Part shown: one piece after another, positions 7,844 through 16,534 of the stretch
Layout of the letters: each line of letters starts with the position of its first letter
Numbering within the stretch: the first letter of the stretch is position 1
The notes under the pieces: generated by a model
The model's input: only the letters and a program-made list of their open reading frames with translations
Told to the model about the DNA's origin: nothing
The model's database searches: none
Source of the DNA: an uncultured Alphaproteobacteria bacterium
GTDB taxonomy: Bacteria > Pseudomonadota > Alphaproteobacteria > Bin65
Assembly: GCA_963754645.1 (NCBI GenBank)
Contig: CAVWGP010000012.1
Location: forward strand, 771,718-803,717
Length of the DNA: 32,000 nt
Direction: 5' to 3'
Translations under genes and position numbers: made by a program

Positions 7844-9858
7844 TCATTCGGGCTCGGCGTCGCGCTTGCCGGCCCGGCCGCGCAGCATGGTGGCGTCGCG
7901 CGAAGGCAGCACTTGCGGCTTTTCCTGGTTGAAACGCAAAAGGTAGCTGCCGACGATGAACATCTCTTCGGGCTCAAGAACCGCGGCACCACGATCGCCC
8001 GGTGCCAAGGATCGGATCAGCTTGCCTTCCTGGTCGAGCACGTAGCTCGGCATCTTGCCGTCCGCCATCGCGATTTCAAGCCGGCTGCCGCTCAACTTCA
8101 ACGACACATGGCGGCGCGACAGGTTAAGCGCATTGAGCCGCGCGCCCCTAGGCCCCTGCCCGCCCGCCCAGGTCAGCGCGTCGGGATGATCGAGCAATTC
8201 CATCGGCAAGTCGGGCTGCGCGCCCTCAACGGCAGAATCGCTACGGCCGAGCAGGAACGGATCAGTGCTCAGGGGGAACGAACTTTCCTGCCGCAACATG
8301 AGCAGGCCGTGATAGACATCGGGTACCGGCGAGGCGAGCAATTCGAGATATTTGCCCGAGCCGGTATCGAGCGAACTTGGCATGTAGTTGACTGGGCTGA
8401 ATTCGGTTTGGCCCGGCAAGCGGTAGAATAATGTCGCCGCATCGGCGCGCGCCTGGAGCGCGAGGCAGCGCTTGATATCGACTGTCGCCTTGTCCGCCGC
8501 CCGCACCGGGCGGCCGATGCGATCGAACCAGATGGTCCATTGCTCCAATCCGCCCAGTCGGCGCTGGCCGTCGATGCGCAGCAGCGCGCAGCCCGTGACC
8601 TTAAGCGAGTAACGTTGCGAAATTGGCGCTTGATGGGCCGATTTGGCCGACGGTGGCGGCGTCCTTGGCGCCGGCGTCGCTGCGGGCGCTGGTGCCGCTG
8701 GCAACGCGGCCCGCGGCTGTGCGCCGGCGCCGTCCTTCCCGGCACCGCCAAAAAAACGGTCGAGGCCGACGCGCGCCGGTGCTTGGCCGACGCCCGATGC
8801 CGGCGCCGGTTGCGGCGGGCGCACTGGTGGCGCACCTTTGCGGGCGGTGGGTACGTCGTCATCCGGCTGTTTCGCCGCGACGGGCTTGGGCGGCGGCGGC
8901 GGCGGGGCGCTTTCGGTTTGGGCGCCTCCTTGGGCGGCAGATTGAAGGCCCGCCTTGTCGCCGGCTCGGAAATGAACTTGACCTCGATGACGACCGTGTC
9001 GTCGCCTTCGCTTTCGGGGCCGCGCTTGTCCTTCAAGATCCAATGGAACGGTTCGCCGTCGTGCTTGGGGCTGATCGTCTGAACGAGGCTGACATAGTCG
9101 CTGTCGGAATAGACGCGTTCGGCATCGGAGGAGGAGAGATTGAGCGAGATATTGCCCTCACGACGGCCGAACCAAAGCGGCGCGCGCACCGGACCGGCAC
9201 GATCCGGCGTGAGCAGGATCGAGCCCTGTCCGGCATAGACCCCGACCGGACGCTTGATCTGGGCGCCATTGCGCCAGAACGACCAATCCTCGAATTTGAC
9301 CGGCTCGGCCTCCCGGCTACGCCGCATCTGGATCGAGCCGAGCACCTCGTCCTCGGCCGTCGGCACGAAGACGCCGAAGCCGAACTGGAACACGACGGTA
9401 TTCGCCTCGAGATCCTCGTCGGGCATGATCGTGTAGTTCGGGTCGCGCTCGGGCGGCATGGAGCGCTTGAATTTCATGCGGTGAAGCTGGGCGAGATTGC
9501 TGGCCAGGGCCTCGAGCCGCTTGCCGCGGCGCTTCGAGTCGGCGCGCCATTTGGCGTCCGCGATCCACATCACAACATCGGTAAACACCGGCGTCTGTTC
9601 GCGAAATCGGCCCTCGGCGTCGCGCACGTGCTTGATGTCGCGGCAGCCATCGAGCGCCGCCTGCAGGCGGAACTCGCGGTCGCCGGTTTTTTCCTCGGCG
9701 ATCTTGCTGTTGCCGCCATAACGCCGGTCCCACAGCGGATCGGGATCGAACGGATCCTCGACGCCGGTGAGCGATAGGGTAAAGACGCCGAGACTCTCGC
9801 CCGCTTCGCGATACTCCTCGATCGTCTCTTTACCTTTGTGTTTGAAAAGTCCGAACAT
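7844..9858 (-). CDS. FHA-domain protein: unassigned ~318-aa N-terminal region, Pro/Ala-rich linker, C-terminal FHA. Frame is broken by an apparent 1-nt shift at 8904-8907 (pseudogene or sequence error).
   Basis: Track ORFs 8269..9951(-) and 7844..9043(-). The first frame is sensible from MFGLFKHKGKETIEEY (ATG 9858) to ..NLPPKEAPKPKAP and then becomes Arg-rich junk. The second frame is sensible from ..APPPPPPKPVAAKQPDDDVP to the stop at 7844. Adding one C to the C4 run joins them as ..KPKAPPPPPPPKPVAAK... No TM segment is seen. Confidence 0.7.
7928..8272 (-). other. FHA-like domain core within the 7844..9858 gene
   Basis: FLLGRSD (Gly-Arg), LSRRHVSL (Ser-x-x-His, nt 8108-8119) and C-terminal EMFIVGSYLLRF match the FHA pattern. 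There is a ~40-aa insertion between GR and SxxH, and no clear Asn-Gly. Confidence 0.6.
8891..8907 (-). repeat. (CCG)5 proline-codon trinucleotide repeat abutting a C4 homopolymer (minus strand)
   Basis: The plus strand reads cggcggcggcggcgg followed by gg, giving G4 at 8904-8907. The frame break of the FHA gene maps here. Confidence 0.8.
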
Positions 9859-9980
9859 AGGGCCGGGAAAATAGCCGGAGACGCGGCATAATTCCACAAC
9901 TACGCGTAGCCTCGCGGCGGCACGCTTGCACCCCCAACTCGACCTTGACACACTCGCGGCGTTCAGCGCAGGGGAGATCC

Positions 9981-11135
9981 ATGACCAGCCGCGACCCCGC
10001 TTATGTGACCAACGTCCACCAACTCTTGCGCGACCAGGCGCGCCGCTTCGTCGAAACCGAAGTGCTGCCCCACGCGGATGCGTGGGAAAAGCAGGGTTTC
10101 GTGCCGCGCGCCGTCTACCGGCGCATGGGCGAGCTGGGTTTTTTCGGCCTGCGCTATCCCGAGGAATACGGCGGGTCGGGCCTCGACAGCGTGGCCTCGG
10201 TCGTGTTGTGGGAAGAGCTGGGCCGCAGCGGCTATAGCGGCTTCGTCGTCGGCGGCGCGGTGCACGGCGAAATGGCGTCGCCCCATCTCGCCCGCTACGG
10301 CTCCAAGGCGCAAAAAGACCGCTGGATGCCCAAAATCGTCGACGGCTCGGTCATCACGGCCGTCGCCGTCACCGAACCCGACGGCGGTTCCAACGTCGCG
10401 GCGCTCAAGACCCGGGCCAAGCGCCAAGGCAACGATAAGTGGGTGATGAACGGCTCCAAAATCTTCATCACCAACGGCGTGCTCGCCGATATCTATTTCG
10501 TGGCGGCGCGGACCGATCCCGACGCCAAGGGTTCGCGCGGCATTTCGATGTTCATCGTCGAAAAGGGCAGCCCCGGCTTCAAAGTCGCCAAACAGCTCGA
10601 CAAGTTGGGCTGGCGCTCCTCCGATACGGCCGAACTTGTGTTCGAGGATTGCGAAATTCCGGCGGAAAACCTGCTCGGCGAAGAGAACAAGGGTTTCTAC
10701 GCAGTAATGCGTAATTTCCAAAACGAGCGTATCGTCGGCGCTTCGGTCGCGCTCGGCGAAACCGCCAAGGCGATCGAACTTACGCTCGATTGGGTCAAGA
10801 CGCGCAAGGCTTTCGGCGGCGTGCTGTGGGACAAGCAGGTGATCCGCAACCGCCTCTCCGAGCTCGCGATGCGGCTCGAGGCTGGGCGACAGCTCACCTA
10901 TCACGCCGCCTGGCTCGACGCCCAAGGCATCGATTGCGTCAAGGAAGTGTCGATGGCCAAGGCGATGATGGGCGAACTCGTCAACCAAACCATGTATGTC
11001 TGCGGTCAGTTCCAGGGCGGCATGGCTTTCATGAAGGAGTCGCCGATCGAGCGGATGTATCGCGACGCCCGAGTGGCCTCGATCGGCGGCGGCGCCACCG
11101 AGGTCATGCTCGAAGAGGTGGCGAAGCGGATGTAG
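9981..11135 (+). CDS. Acyl-CoA dehydrogenase
   Basis: 384 aa from ATG 9981, with GGGGAGA 4 nt upstream. The track start TTG 9945 adds 12 implausible residues. Typical ACAD blocks: [49 protein letters not shown]. Confidence 0.9.
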   Translation: MTSRDPAYVTNVHQLLRDQARRFVETEVLPHADAWEKQGFVPRAVYRRMGELGFFGLRYPEEYGGSGLDSVASVVLWEELGRSGYSGFVVGGAVHGEMASPHLARYGSKAQKDRWMPKIVDGSVITAVAVTEPDGGSNVAALKTRAKRQGNDKWVMNGSKIFITNGVLADIYFVAARTDPDAKGSRGISMFIVEKGSPGFKVAKQLDKLGWRSSDTAELVFEDCEIPAENLLGEENKGFYAVMRNFQNERIVGASVALGETAKAIELTLDWVKTRKAFGGVLWDKQVIRNRLSELAMRLEAGRQLTYHAAWLDAQGIDCVKEVSMAKAMMGELVNQTMYVCGQFQGGMAFMKESPIERMYRDARVASIGGGATEVMLEEVAKRM

Positions 11136-12270
11136 CGGCCCGCCATTCCTGGCGGACATCCTCATCGGCCTCCGCGGCTTGCTCAGCCGCCGCCAAGCGG
11201 GCGAATTCGTCGGCAGGCAGAAGCCGCGACAACGCCCACGCCGCCGCGGCCCGCACCACCGGCGAGGCGTCGCGCGCCAGCCGCTCGGCCTGGGGCCGCA
11301 GTGCCGGTTCGCCTGAGTTGCCGATGGCGATCAGCACGTTACGGATAAAGCGGTCGCGCCCGATGCGCTTGATCGGCGAGGCGCGGAAGACGGCGCGGAA
11401 GGCGGCATCGTCCAGAGCCGCGAAATCGGCGAGCTTCGGCCGGGTGAGTTCGACACGGGGCGCGAAAGCGTAGTCCTTGGTGCGCTGCGCGAACTTGTTC
11501 CACGGACACACGGCGAGGCAATCGTCGCAGCCATAGATGCGGTTGCCGATCGCCGCGCGGAATTCGCGCGGAATGTGGCCCTTGTGCTCGATGGTGAGAT
11601 AGGAAATGCAACGCCGCGCATCGAGCCTGTAGGGTGCTGGGAACGCCTTGGTCGGACATACGTCAAGGCAGCGCCGGCACGCGCCGCAACGATCGGCGGC
11701 AGCGATATCGGGCGCCAGGTCAAGCGTCGTCAGCACGCAACCGAGAAACAGCCACGAGCCGAATTCGCGGGAAACGAGATTCGTGTGCTTGCCTTGCCAG
11801 CCGAGTGCCGCGCGCTCGGCGAGCGGTTTTTCCATGAGCGGCGCGGTATCGACGAAGACCTTTACGTCGCCGCCATAGGTGCGTTGCAGCCAGCCGGCAA
11901 GGCGCTTCAAGCGCGACTTCACGGTGCCATGGTAATCGGCGTTGCGGGCGTAGACCGAGACCGTGCCACGGTCGGGCATCGCCAGGGTTTCCAGCGGATC
12001 GCCAGGCGGACCGTAGTTGAGGCCGAGGAGGATGGCGCTGCGCGCCGCCGGCCACATGGCGCGCGGATCGGCCCGACGCTCGGCGGTGGTTGCGAGCCAC
12101 TCCATTGTGCCGTGATTGCCTGCGGCCAGATATTCCTTCAATCGCACCGCAAGCTCCGGCGGCAGCGACGCGGCGGCAAAGCCGGCCGCATCGAAGCCGA
12201 ACTCGATCGCTTTGGCGCGGATCGCGGCCTCCCTGCTCGCGGCCTCGCCGCCCGCCGCCGGCGCGGTCAT
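11104..12270 (-). CDS. queG: Epoxyqueuosine reductase
   Basis: Two ferredoxin-type Cys clusters ([30 protein letters not shown]), [18 protein letters not shown], and a HEAT-like C-terminus. ATG 12270 lies 4 nt after the queF stop. The 3' end overlaps the convergent acyl-CoA dehydrogenase gene by 32 nt. Confidence 0.85.
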   Translation of the reverse strand: MTAPAAGGEAASREAAIRAKAIEFGFDAAGFAAASLPPELAVRLKEYLAAGNHGTMEWLATTAERRADPRAMWPAARSAILLGLNYGPPGDPLETLAMPDRGTVSVYARNADYHGTVKSRLKRLAGWLQRTYGGDVKVFVDTAPLMEKPLAERAALGWQGKHTNLVSREFGSWLFLGCVLTTLDLAPDIAAADRCGACRRCLDVCPTKAFPAPYRLDARRCISYLTIEHKGHIPREFRAAIGNRIYGCDDCLAVCPWNKFAQRTKDYAFAPRVELTRPKLADFAALDDAAFRAVFRASPIKRIGRDRFIRNVLIAIGNSGEPALRPQAERLARDASPVVRAAAAWALSRLLPADEFARLAAAEQAAEADEDVRQEWRAATSASPPLRA

Positions 12271-12274
12271 GGCG

Positions 12275-12760
12275 TTAGCCGCGGCCCCGATAGGGTGCGA
12301 CGCCCTGTTCGGGCAGCCACAGCCCGCGCGGCGGCGGACCCGATTGATAGAACACATCGATCGGCATGCCGCCGCGCGGATACCAATAGCCGCCGATGCG
12401 CAGCCAGCGCGGCACGATCGTGCGCATCACGCGCTTGGCAATGGTCAGGGTGCAATCCTCGTGGAACGCGCCGTGATCGCGGAAAGACGACAGATAGAGC
12501 TTCAAGCTCTTGCTCTCGGCCAGGCGCCGGCGCGGCACGTAGTCGATGACGAGGTGCGCGAAATCGGGCTGGCACGTGATCGGGCACAGCGCGGTGAATT
12601 CCGGCGCCGTGAAGCGCACGAGATAGAGCGTGCCTGGATGCGGGTTCGCCACGGTTTCGAGCACAGCGTCCGCGGGCGAGGCCGCGGCGCGCGCCGGGCG
12701 GCCAAGCTGGGTCAATTTCGGTCCGATCGATCTGGGCATCCCGGCAAGATACGTCGCCAT
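12275..12760 (-). CDS. queF: NADPH-dependent 7-cyano-7-deazaguanine (preQ0) reductase, unimodular type
   Basis: QueF motif ESKSLKLYL and catalytic-Cys block [14 protein letters not shown]. The start is uncertain: ATG 12760 gives 161 aa, ATG 12739 gives 154 aa, and the track ATG 12844 adds an implausible N-terminus. Confidence 0.8.
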   Translation of the reverse strand: MATYLAGMPRSIGPKLTQLGRPARAAASPADAVLETVANPHPGTLYLVRFTAPEFTALCPITCQPDFAHLVIDYVPRRRLAESKSLKLYLSSFRDHGAFHEDCTLTIAKRVMRTIVPRWLRIGGYWYPRGGMPIDVFYQSGPPPRGLWLPEQGVAPYRGRG

Positions 12761-12968
12761 CGCACCGCATCCAAGAACCCAATCTGGCACCACCGGCAAG
12801 ACCGTGAATGAGACCTGATTGGCATCGATCGTTAGGATTTTCAAATCGTTGAGCCGGCCCGCCAGCCGGTTTCTTCGGCCGCATCCGTGCCCGGAGCGGG
12901 CGCATTCATAAATTCTTAGCTTGGCCGGAACACAATGAGCGTTGCTTCAACAAGAGCCGGTTCCAGCC

Positions 12969-13601
12969 ATGGACAAGAAAGTTATGATGATCGGCGGCGC
13001 CGTCGCCGTCGTCGTGCTTGGCGGCGCATACATGCTGCTGTCGCCCTCGCGCGCGCCCAAGCCGGTCCAACTGACGTCAACCGAGCCCCCGCCGCCGCCC
13101 TCGGCTTGGGTCGAGAAGACCGCGGAAGTTGCGAATACGAGCTACGGCTTTTACTTCAAGTATCCGAAAGACTGGGGTCCGGGTTTCCAATTTTCCGGCA
13201 ATGTCGTGCAAAGCGTCGGCCGGCGCGACGGGGTCTATTGTTCGGTCAGCATTGTCGAGAAACGGCACGAGAGCGACGAAACCGGCAAGCCGAAGACGCT
13301 CGCCGCGCTTCTGACGGCGGCGACCGACAAGAATGTCAGCGGCCTTTATGGGTCGGCAAAGGCGAAGGTCGACAAATTCGCCCCCGGCAAGCTCGGCAAG
13401 CAGGACAGCCGCGAATTCATGATGACAGTGACGGGCGGAACGGTCGGCGACATCAAGGTTCATGGTCATTTGACGATGCGCGACCAGGGCGTGGTCTATC
13501 TTATTTGCGCGGCGCCGACGAAAATCTATCCCGGCAAGGATGTGCAAGATCCGTTCAAGCTGGTGATGGAAACCTTCGAGTTCGACGGCCGCCCGCGCTA
13601 G
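12969..13601 (+). CDS. Hypothetical membrane-anchored protein (paralogue A)
   Basis: ATG 12969 (MDKKVMMIGGAVAVVVLGGAYMLL = N-terminal TM anchor), a PPPPP linker, then a ~150-aa domain (YGFYFKYPKDW ... FEFDGR). About one-third identical by eye to the next gene. Confidence 0.7.
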   Translation: MDKKVMMIGGAVAVVVLGGAYMLLSPSRAPKPVQLTSTEPPPPPSAWVEKTAEVANTSYGFYFKYPKDWGPGFQFSGNVVQSVGRRDGVYCSVSIVEKRHESDETGKPKTLAALLTAATDKNVSGLYGSAKAKVDKFAPGKLGKQDSREFMMTVTGGTVGDIKVHGHLTMRDQGVVYLICAAPTKIYPGKDVQDPFKLVMETFEFDGRPR

Positions 13602-13646
13602 GCTTCGTCGAGCGGATTGCGGCACAAGGCACGCGAGGCGCGATCG

Positions 13647-14294
13647 ATGTTGGATGCTCAAAAGCTGGTTTTGTGCGTCGTCGCGATCGCCTTTGGCTTT
13701 CTTGGCCTGCCGTTCGTATACATGCAGATCGTCGGCGCTTTGATGGACGACAGCGGCCTCAATTCGCCGATGTCGCTGGCCTCTGTTGTCGCCACGAAAT
13801 TTGACGGCGAGCAATCTGAGCTTCGGAACGAGCGGTTCGGTTTTTCCTTTCGTTTTCCCCGGGATTGGGTCGCCGGGCCGCGCTACGCGGCAAACGTCAG
13901 CGAAAGCGTCGGCCGATCGGACGACGCATTTTGCTATGTGAGCATTGCCCGGAATCGCTTCGATTCGGATTCGAACGGCGTGCCCAAGCGGCTGCGCGAG
14001 AATATGAGCCGTCTCGCGCCTACGCATCTTCAGGGCGAAATTCAAGGCGCAAAGATCACGGTTGAAAATTTTGGCCGTAGCCAGTTGGGCGGCCAGGATG
14101 CGCGCGAATTCGTCCTCAAGGCGTCGAGCCCGATCCTCGGTGAAATCGCATTGCGCGGACACGTGACCCAGCGCAACTACGGGGCGATCTTCGTCGTTTG
14201 CCGGGCGCCGATGCACATCTTCCCGGACGCCGGCCTGCAATCGGAGTTCGAAGCCGTCCTGCGAAGCTTTCGCTTCGATGGCCGCGCCCATTAA
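13647..14294 (+). CDS. Hypothetical membrane-anchored protein (paralogue B)
   Basis: ATG 13647 with GAGG 8 nt upstream. N-terminal TM anchor ([23 protein letters not shown]), then a domain collinear with paralogue A ([15 protein letters not shown], GxQDxREF, CxAP, FRFDGR). Confidence 0.7.
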   Translation: MLDAQKLVLCVVAIAFGFLGLPFVYMQIVGALMDDSGLNSPMSLASVVATKFDGEQSELRNERFGFSFRFPRDWVAGPRYAANVSESVGRSDDAFCYVSIARNRFDSDSNGVPKRLRENMSRLAPTHLQGEIQGAKITVENFGRSQLGGQDAREFVLKASSPILGEIALRGHVTQRNYGAIFVVCRAPMHIFPDAGLQSEFEAVLRSFRFDGRAH

Positions 14295-15421
14295 AGCTGC
14301 GCGATATCGCCCATCGCATAGCTGTCGCGTCGATCGCGGGCGAAACTCGGCCACGCGCCCGCTTCGATCGCCACGCGGATGCCGCGCATCAAGTCTTGAT
14401 AATGCTGTAGGTTGTGCTGGGTCAGCAGCATCGGCCCGAGCATTTCGTCGGCTTTGAAGAGATGATGGAGATAGGCGCGGCTTAGGCTTCGGCACGCGGT
14501 GCACGCACAATCGGCGTCGATCGGGCGCGGATCCTCGGCGTGGCGCGCGTTGCGGATATTGACCTCGCCGCGGCGCGTGAACGCCTTGCCGGTGCGGCCC
14601 ATGCGGGTCGGCAGCACGCAATCGAACATGTCGATGCCGCGCGCCACCGCGGCAAGAATATCCTCCGGCCGGCCGACGCCCATGAGGTAGCGCGGCTTGT
14701 CGGCGGGCAAGTGCGGCACCGTCACATCGAGCGCTTCGGCCATATCGGACTTGCTTTCGCCGACCGCGAGGCCGCCCACCGCGTAACCTTCGAAATCGAG
14801 CGCGGCGAGACTGGCCGCCGATTCGCCGCGCAATCCGGCGTAGACGCCGCCTTGCACGATGCCGAACAGCGCGTAACCCGCCCGCGGCCGAAACGCCGCC
14901 TTCGCCCGCTCGGCCCAGCGCAGCGATAACCGCATCGAGTCGCGCGCCTGCGGCTCCGTCGCCGGGAAGCTCGTGCATTCATCGAGCTGCATCGTGATCG
15001 TGGCATCGAGCAGATTCTGTATCCCGATGGCGCGTTCGGGCGTCAGTTCGATCTTGCTGCCGTCGAGGTGCGAGCGGAAGATCACGCCGCGCTCGCTGAG
15101 CGTGCGGAGCGCGCCGAGCGACATGACCTGAAATCCGCCCGAATCCGTGAGAATCGGCCCCGGCCAATCCATGAAACGGTGCAGGCCGCCCAGCGCCGCG
15201 ACGCGTTCGGCACCGGGGCGCAGCATGAGATGATAGGTATTGCCCAGCACGATCTCGGCGCCGGTGGCACGCACCTGATCGGCCAGCATCGCCTTGACCG
15301 TGCCGGCCGTTCCCACCGGCATGAAGGCGGGCGTTTCCGCCGTGCCATGCGCCGTGTGCAGCCGGCCGCGCCGCGCCGCGCCGTCGGTCGCAAGCCGTTC
15401 GATCCGGAAACCCGCGCTCAT
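14291..15421 (-). CDS. tgt: Queuine tRNA-ribosyltransferase (tRNA-guanine transglycosylase)
   Basis: 376 aa. [36 protein letters not shown] and the zinc-site CxCxxC (CACTAC). Start overlaps the queA stop (ATGA at 15418-15421). Confidence 0.93.
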   Translation of the reverse strand: MSAGFRIERLATDGAARRGRLHTAHGTAETPAFMPVGTAGTVKAMLADQVRATGAEIVLGNTYHLMLRPGAERVAALGGLHRFMDWPGPILTDSGGFQVMSLGALRTLSERGVIFRSHLDGSKIELTPERAIGIQNLLDATITMQLDECTSFPATEPQARDSMRLSLRWAERAKAAFRPRAGYALFGIVQGGVYAGLRGESAASLAALDFEGYAVGGLAVGESKSDMAEALDVTVPHLPADKPRYLMGVGRPEDILAAVARGIDMFDCVLPTRMGRTGKAFTRRGEVNIRNARHAEDPRPIDADCACTACRSLSRAYLHHLFKADEMLGPMLLTQHNLQHYQDLMRGIRVAIEAGAWPSFARDRRDSYAMGDIAQL

Positions 15422-16470
15422 GCCGGCCCCTCGGGCGCGCGCTCGAGCAGGCAGGCATCGCCGTAGGAATAGAACCGATAGGCTTCACGAATCGCGTGGG
15501 CATAGGCCGCCTTCATGCGCGCCGTGCCGGCGAAGGCGCAGACCAGCATGTACAGCGTCGAGCGCGGCAAATGGAAATTCGTCAGCAGTAGATCGGCGGC
15601 GCGGACGCGATAGCCGGGCACGACGAACAGCCGCGTTTCGCCGGTCCAGGCCCGGAGGCGATCGGCCTGGTCCGTGGCGCTTTCGAGCACGCGCAGGCTC
15701 GTTGTGCCGACCGCGACGATGCGCCCGCCCGCCGCCCGCGCCGCGACGATGCGCGCCGCCGCGGCCGCGCCGATTTCGCCCCACTCCGCATGCATGACGT
15801 GATCGCGCAAGTTCTCCGCTTTCACCGGCAAGAAGGTTCCGGCGCCGACATGGAGCGTCACAGGCTCGCGCGCCACGCCGCGCCGGTCGAGTGCGTCGAA
15901 CAATTCCGGCGTAAAATGAAAGCCCGCGGTCGGCGCCGCGACGGCGCCGGCATGGCGCGCGTAGATCGTTTGATAGTTCGCGCGATCCAGCGGATCGCCG
16001 CCGGCGGGGCGCTTGATGTAGGGCGGCAACGGCATGGCGCCCCAGCGTTCGAGCGCCGCGACAAGCGCGCTGCCCGCGAGATCGAACGTCAAAACCACCT
16101 CGCCGGCCTCGCCCTTGGCCGCAACAGTCGCGGCGAAATCCGGGCCGCAGATAACGCGGTCGCCCTCGGCGAGGCGCTTCGCCGGCTTGGCGAAGGCGCG
16201 CCACGTTGCCGCGTCCTCGCGCTTGTGCAGCGTGAGTTCGATCTTGGCCGTGCCGCGCCGGCCGACGAGGCGGGCCGGAATAACGCGCGTGTCGTTGAGC
16301 ACCAGAATATCGCCGGGGCGAAGCAGCGCCGGCAAGTCGCGCACGACACGATCCTCGAATGCGCCCTGCGCTGCCGGCACGTACAACAGCCGCGCCGCGT
16401 CGCGCGGACGCGCCGGCTGCGTCGCGATCTGCGCGCGCGGCAGTTCGAAATCGAAATCGGCGGTTTTCAT
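15418..16470 (-). CDS. queA: S-adenosylmethionine:tRNA ribosyltransferase-isomerase
   Basis: [11 protein letters not shown].., [55 protein letters not shown]. Start taken at ATG 16470 (alternative ATG 16482). The track ORF to 16659 adds a non-coding-looking extension. Confidence 0.9.
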   Translation of the reverse strand: MKTADFDFELPRAQIATQPARPRDAARLLYVPAAQGAFEDRVVRDLPALLRPGDILVLNDTRVIPARLVGRRGTAKIELTLHKREDAATWRAFAKPAKRLAEGDRVICGPDFAATVAAKGEAGEVVLTFDLAGSALVAALERWGAMPLPPYIKRPAGGDPLDRANYQTIYARHAGAVAAPTAGFHFTPELFDALDRRGVAREPVTLHVGAGTFLPVKAENLRDHVMHAEWGEIGAAAAARIVAARAAGGRIVAVGTTSLRVLESATDQADRLRAWTGETRLFVVPGYRVRAADLLLTNFHLPRSTLYMLVCAFAGTARMKAAYAHAIREAYRFYSYGDACLLERAPEGPA

Positions 16471-16534
16471 CGCGCGCGGCATACCATGTCCCCGCCGCCG
16501 GCGCATCAAGGCCGCGCCTTGACAAGCGGCGGGC

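Noticed and set aside
5159-8431. 1090-aa plus-strand ORF antisense to the PBP and FHA genes
   Set aside because: The translation is Arg/Ala/Gly/His-rich with no motifs. It runs straight through an intergenic spacer and lies opposite genes with clear motifs and a strong RBS. This is the usual stop-codon-poor antisense frame of a high-G+C genome.
8880-8930. Programmed ribosomal frameshifting as the explanation for the two frame breaks (also 4020-4045)
   Set aside because: The FHA-gene break needs a -1 shift, but there is no X XXY YYZ slippery heptamer, and a +1 slip on CCC C would land in the wrong frame (poly-Ala). The SEDS-gene break needs +1, but there is no stop or hungry-codon plus internal SD arrangement of the prfB type. 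An indel (real or technical) is the simpler explanation.
12853-12876. Hairpin GCCGGC-ccgcca-GCCGGT followed by TTCTTC, terminator-like on the plus strand
   Set aside because: No plus-strand gene lies upstream for it to terminate. The stem is only 5 bp. On the minus strand it has no U-tract, and it shows no resemblance to a preQ1 riboswitch upstream of queF.
16519-16524. Perfect TTGACA hexamers upstream of hpnC (16519), the acyl-CoA dehydrogenase gene (9945) and in the hpnE-shc spacer (19624)
   Set aside because: None has a recognisable -10 element 16-18 nt downstream, so I could not support a promoter call from sequence alone.
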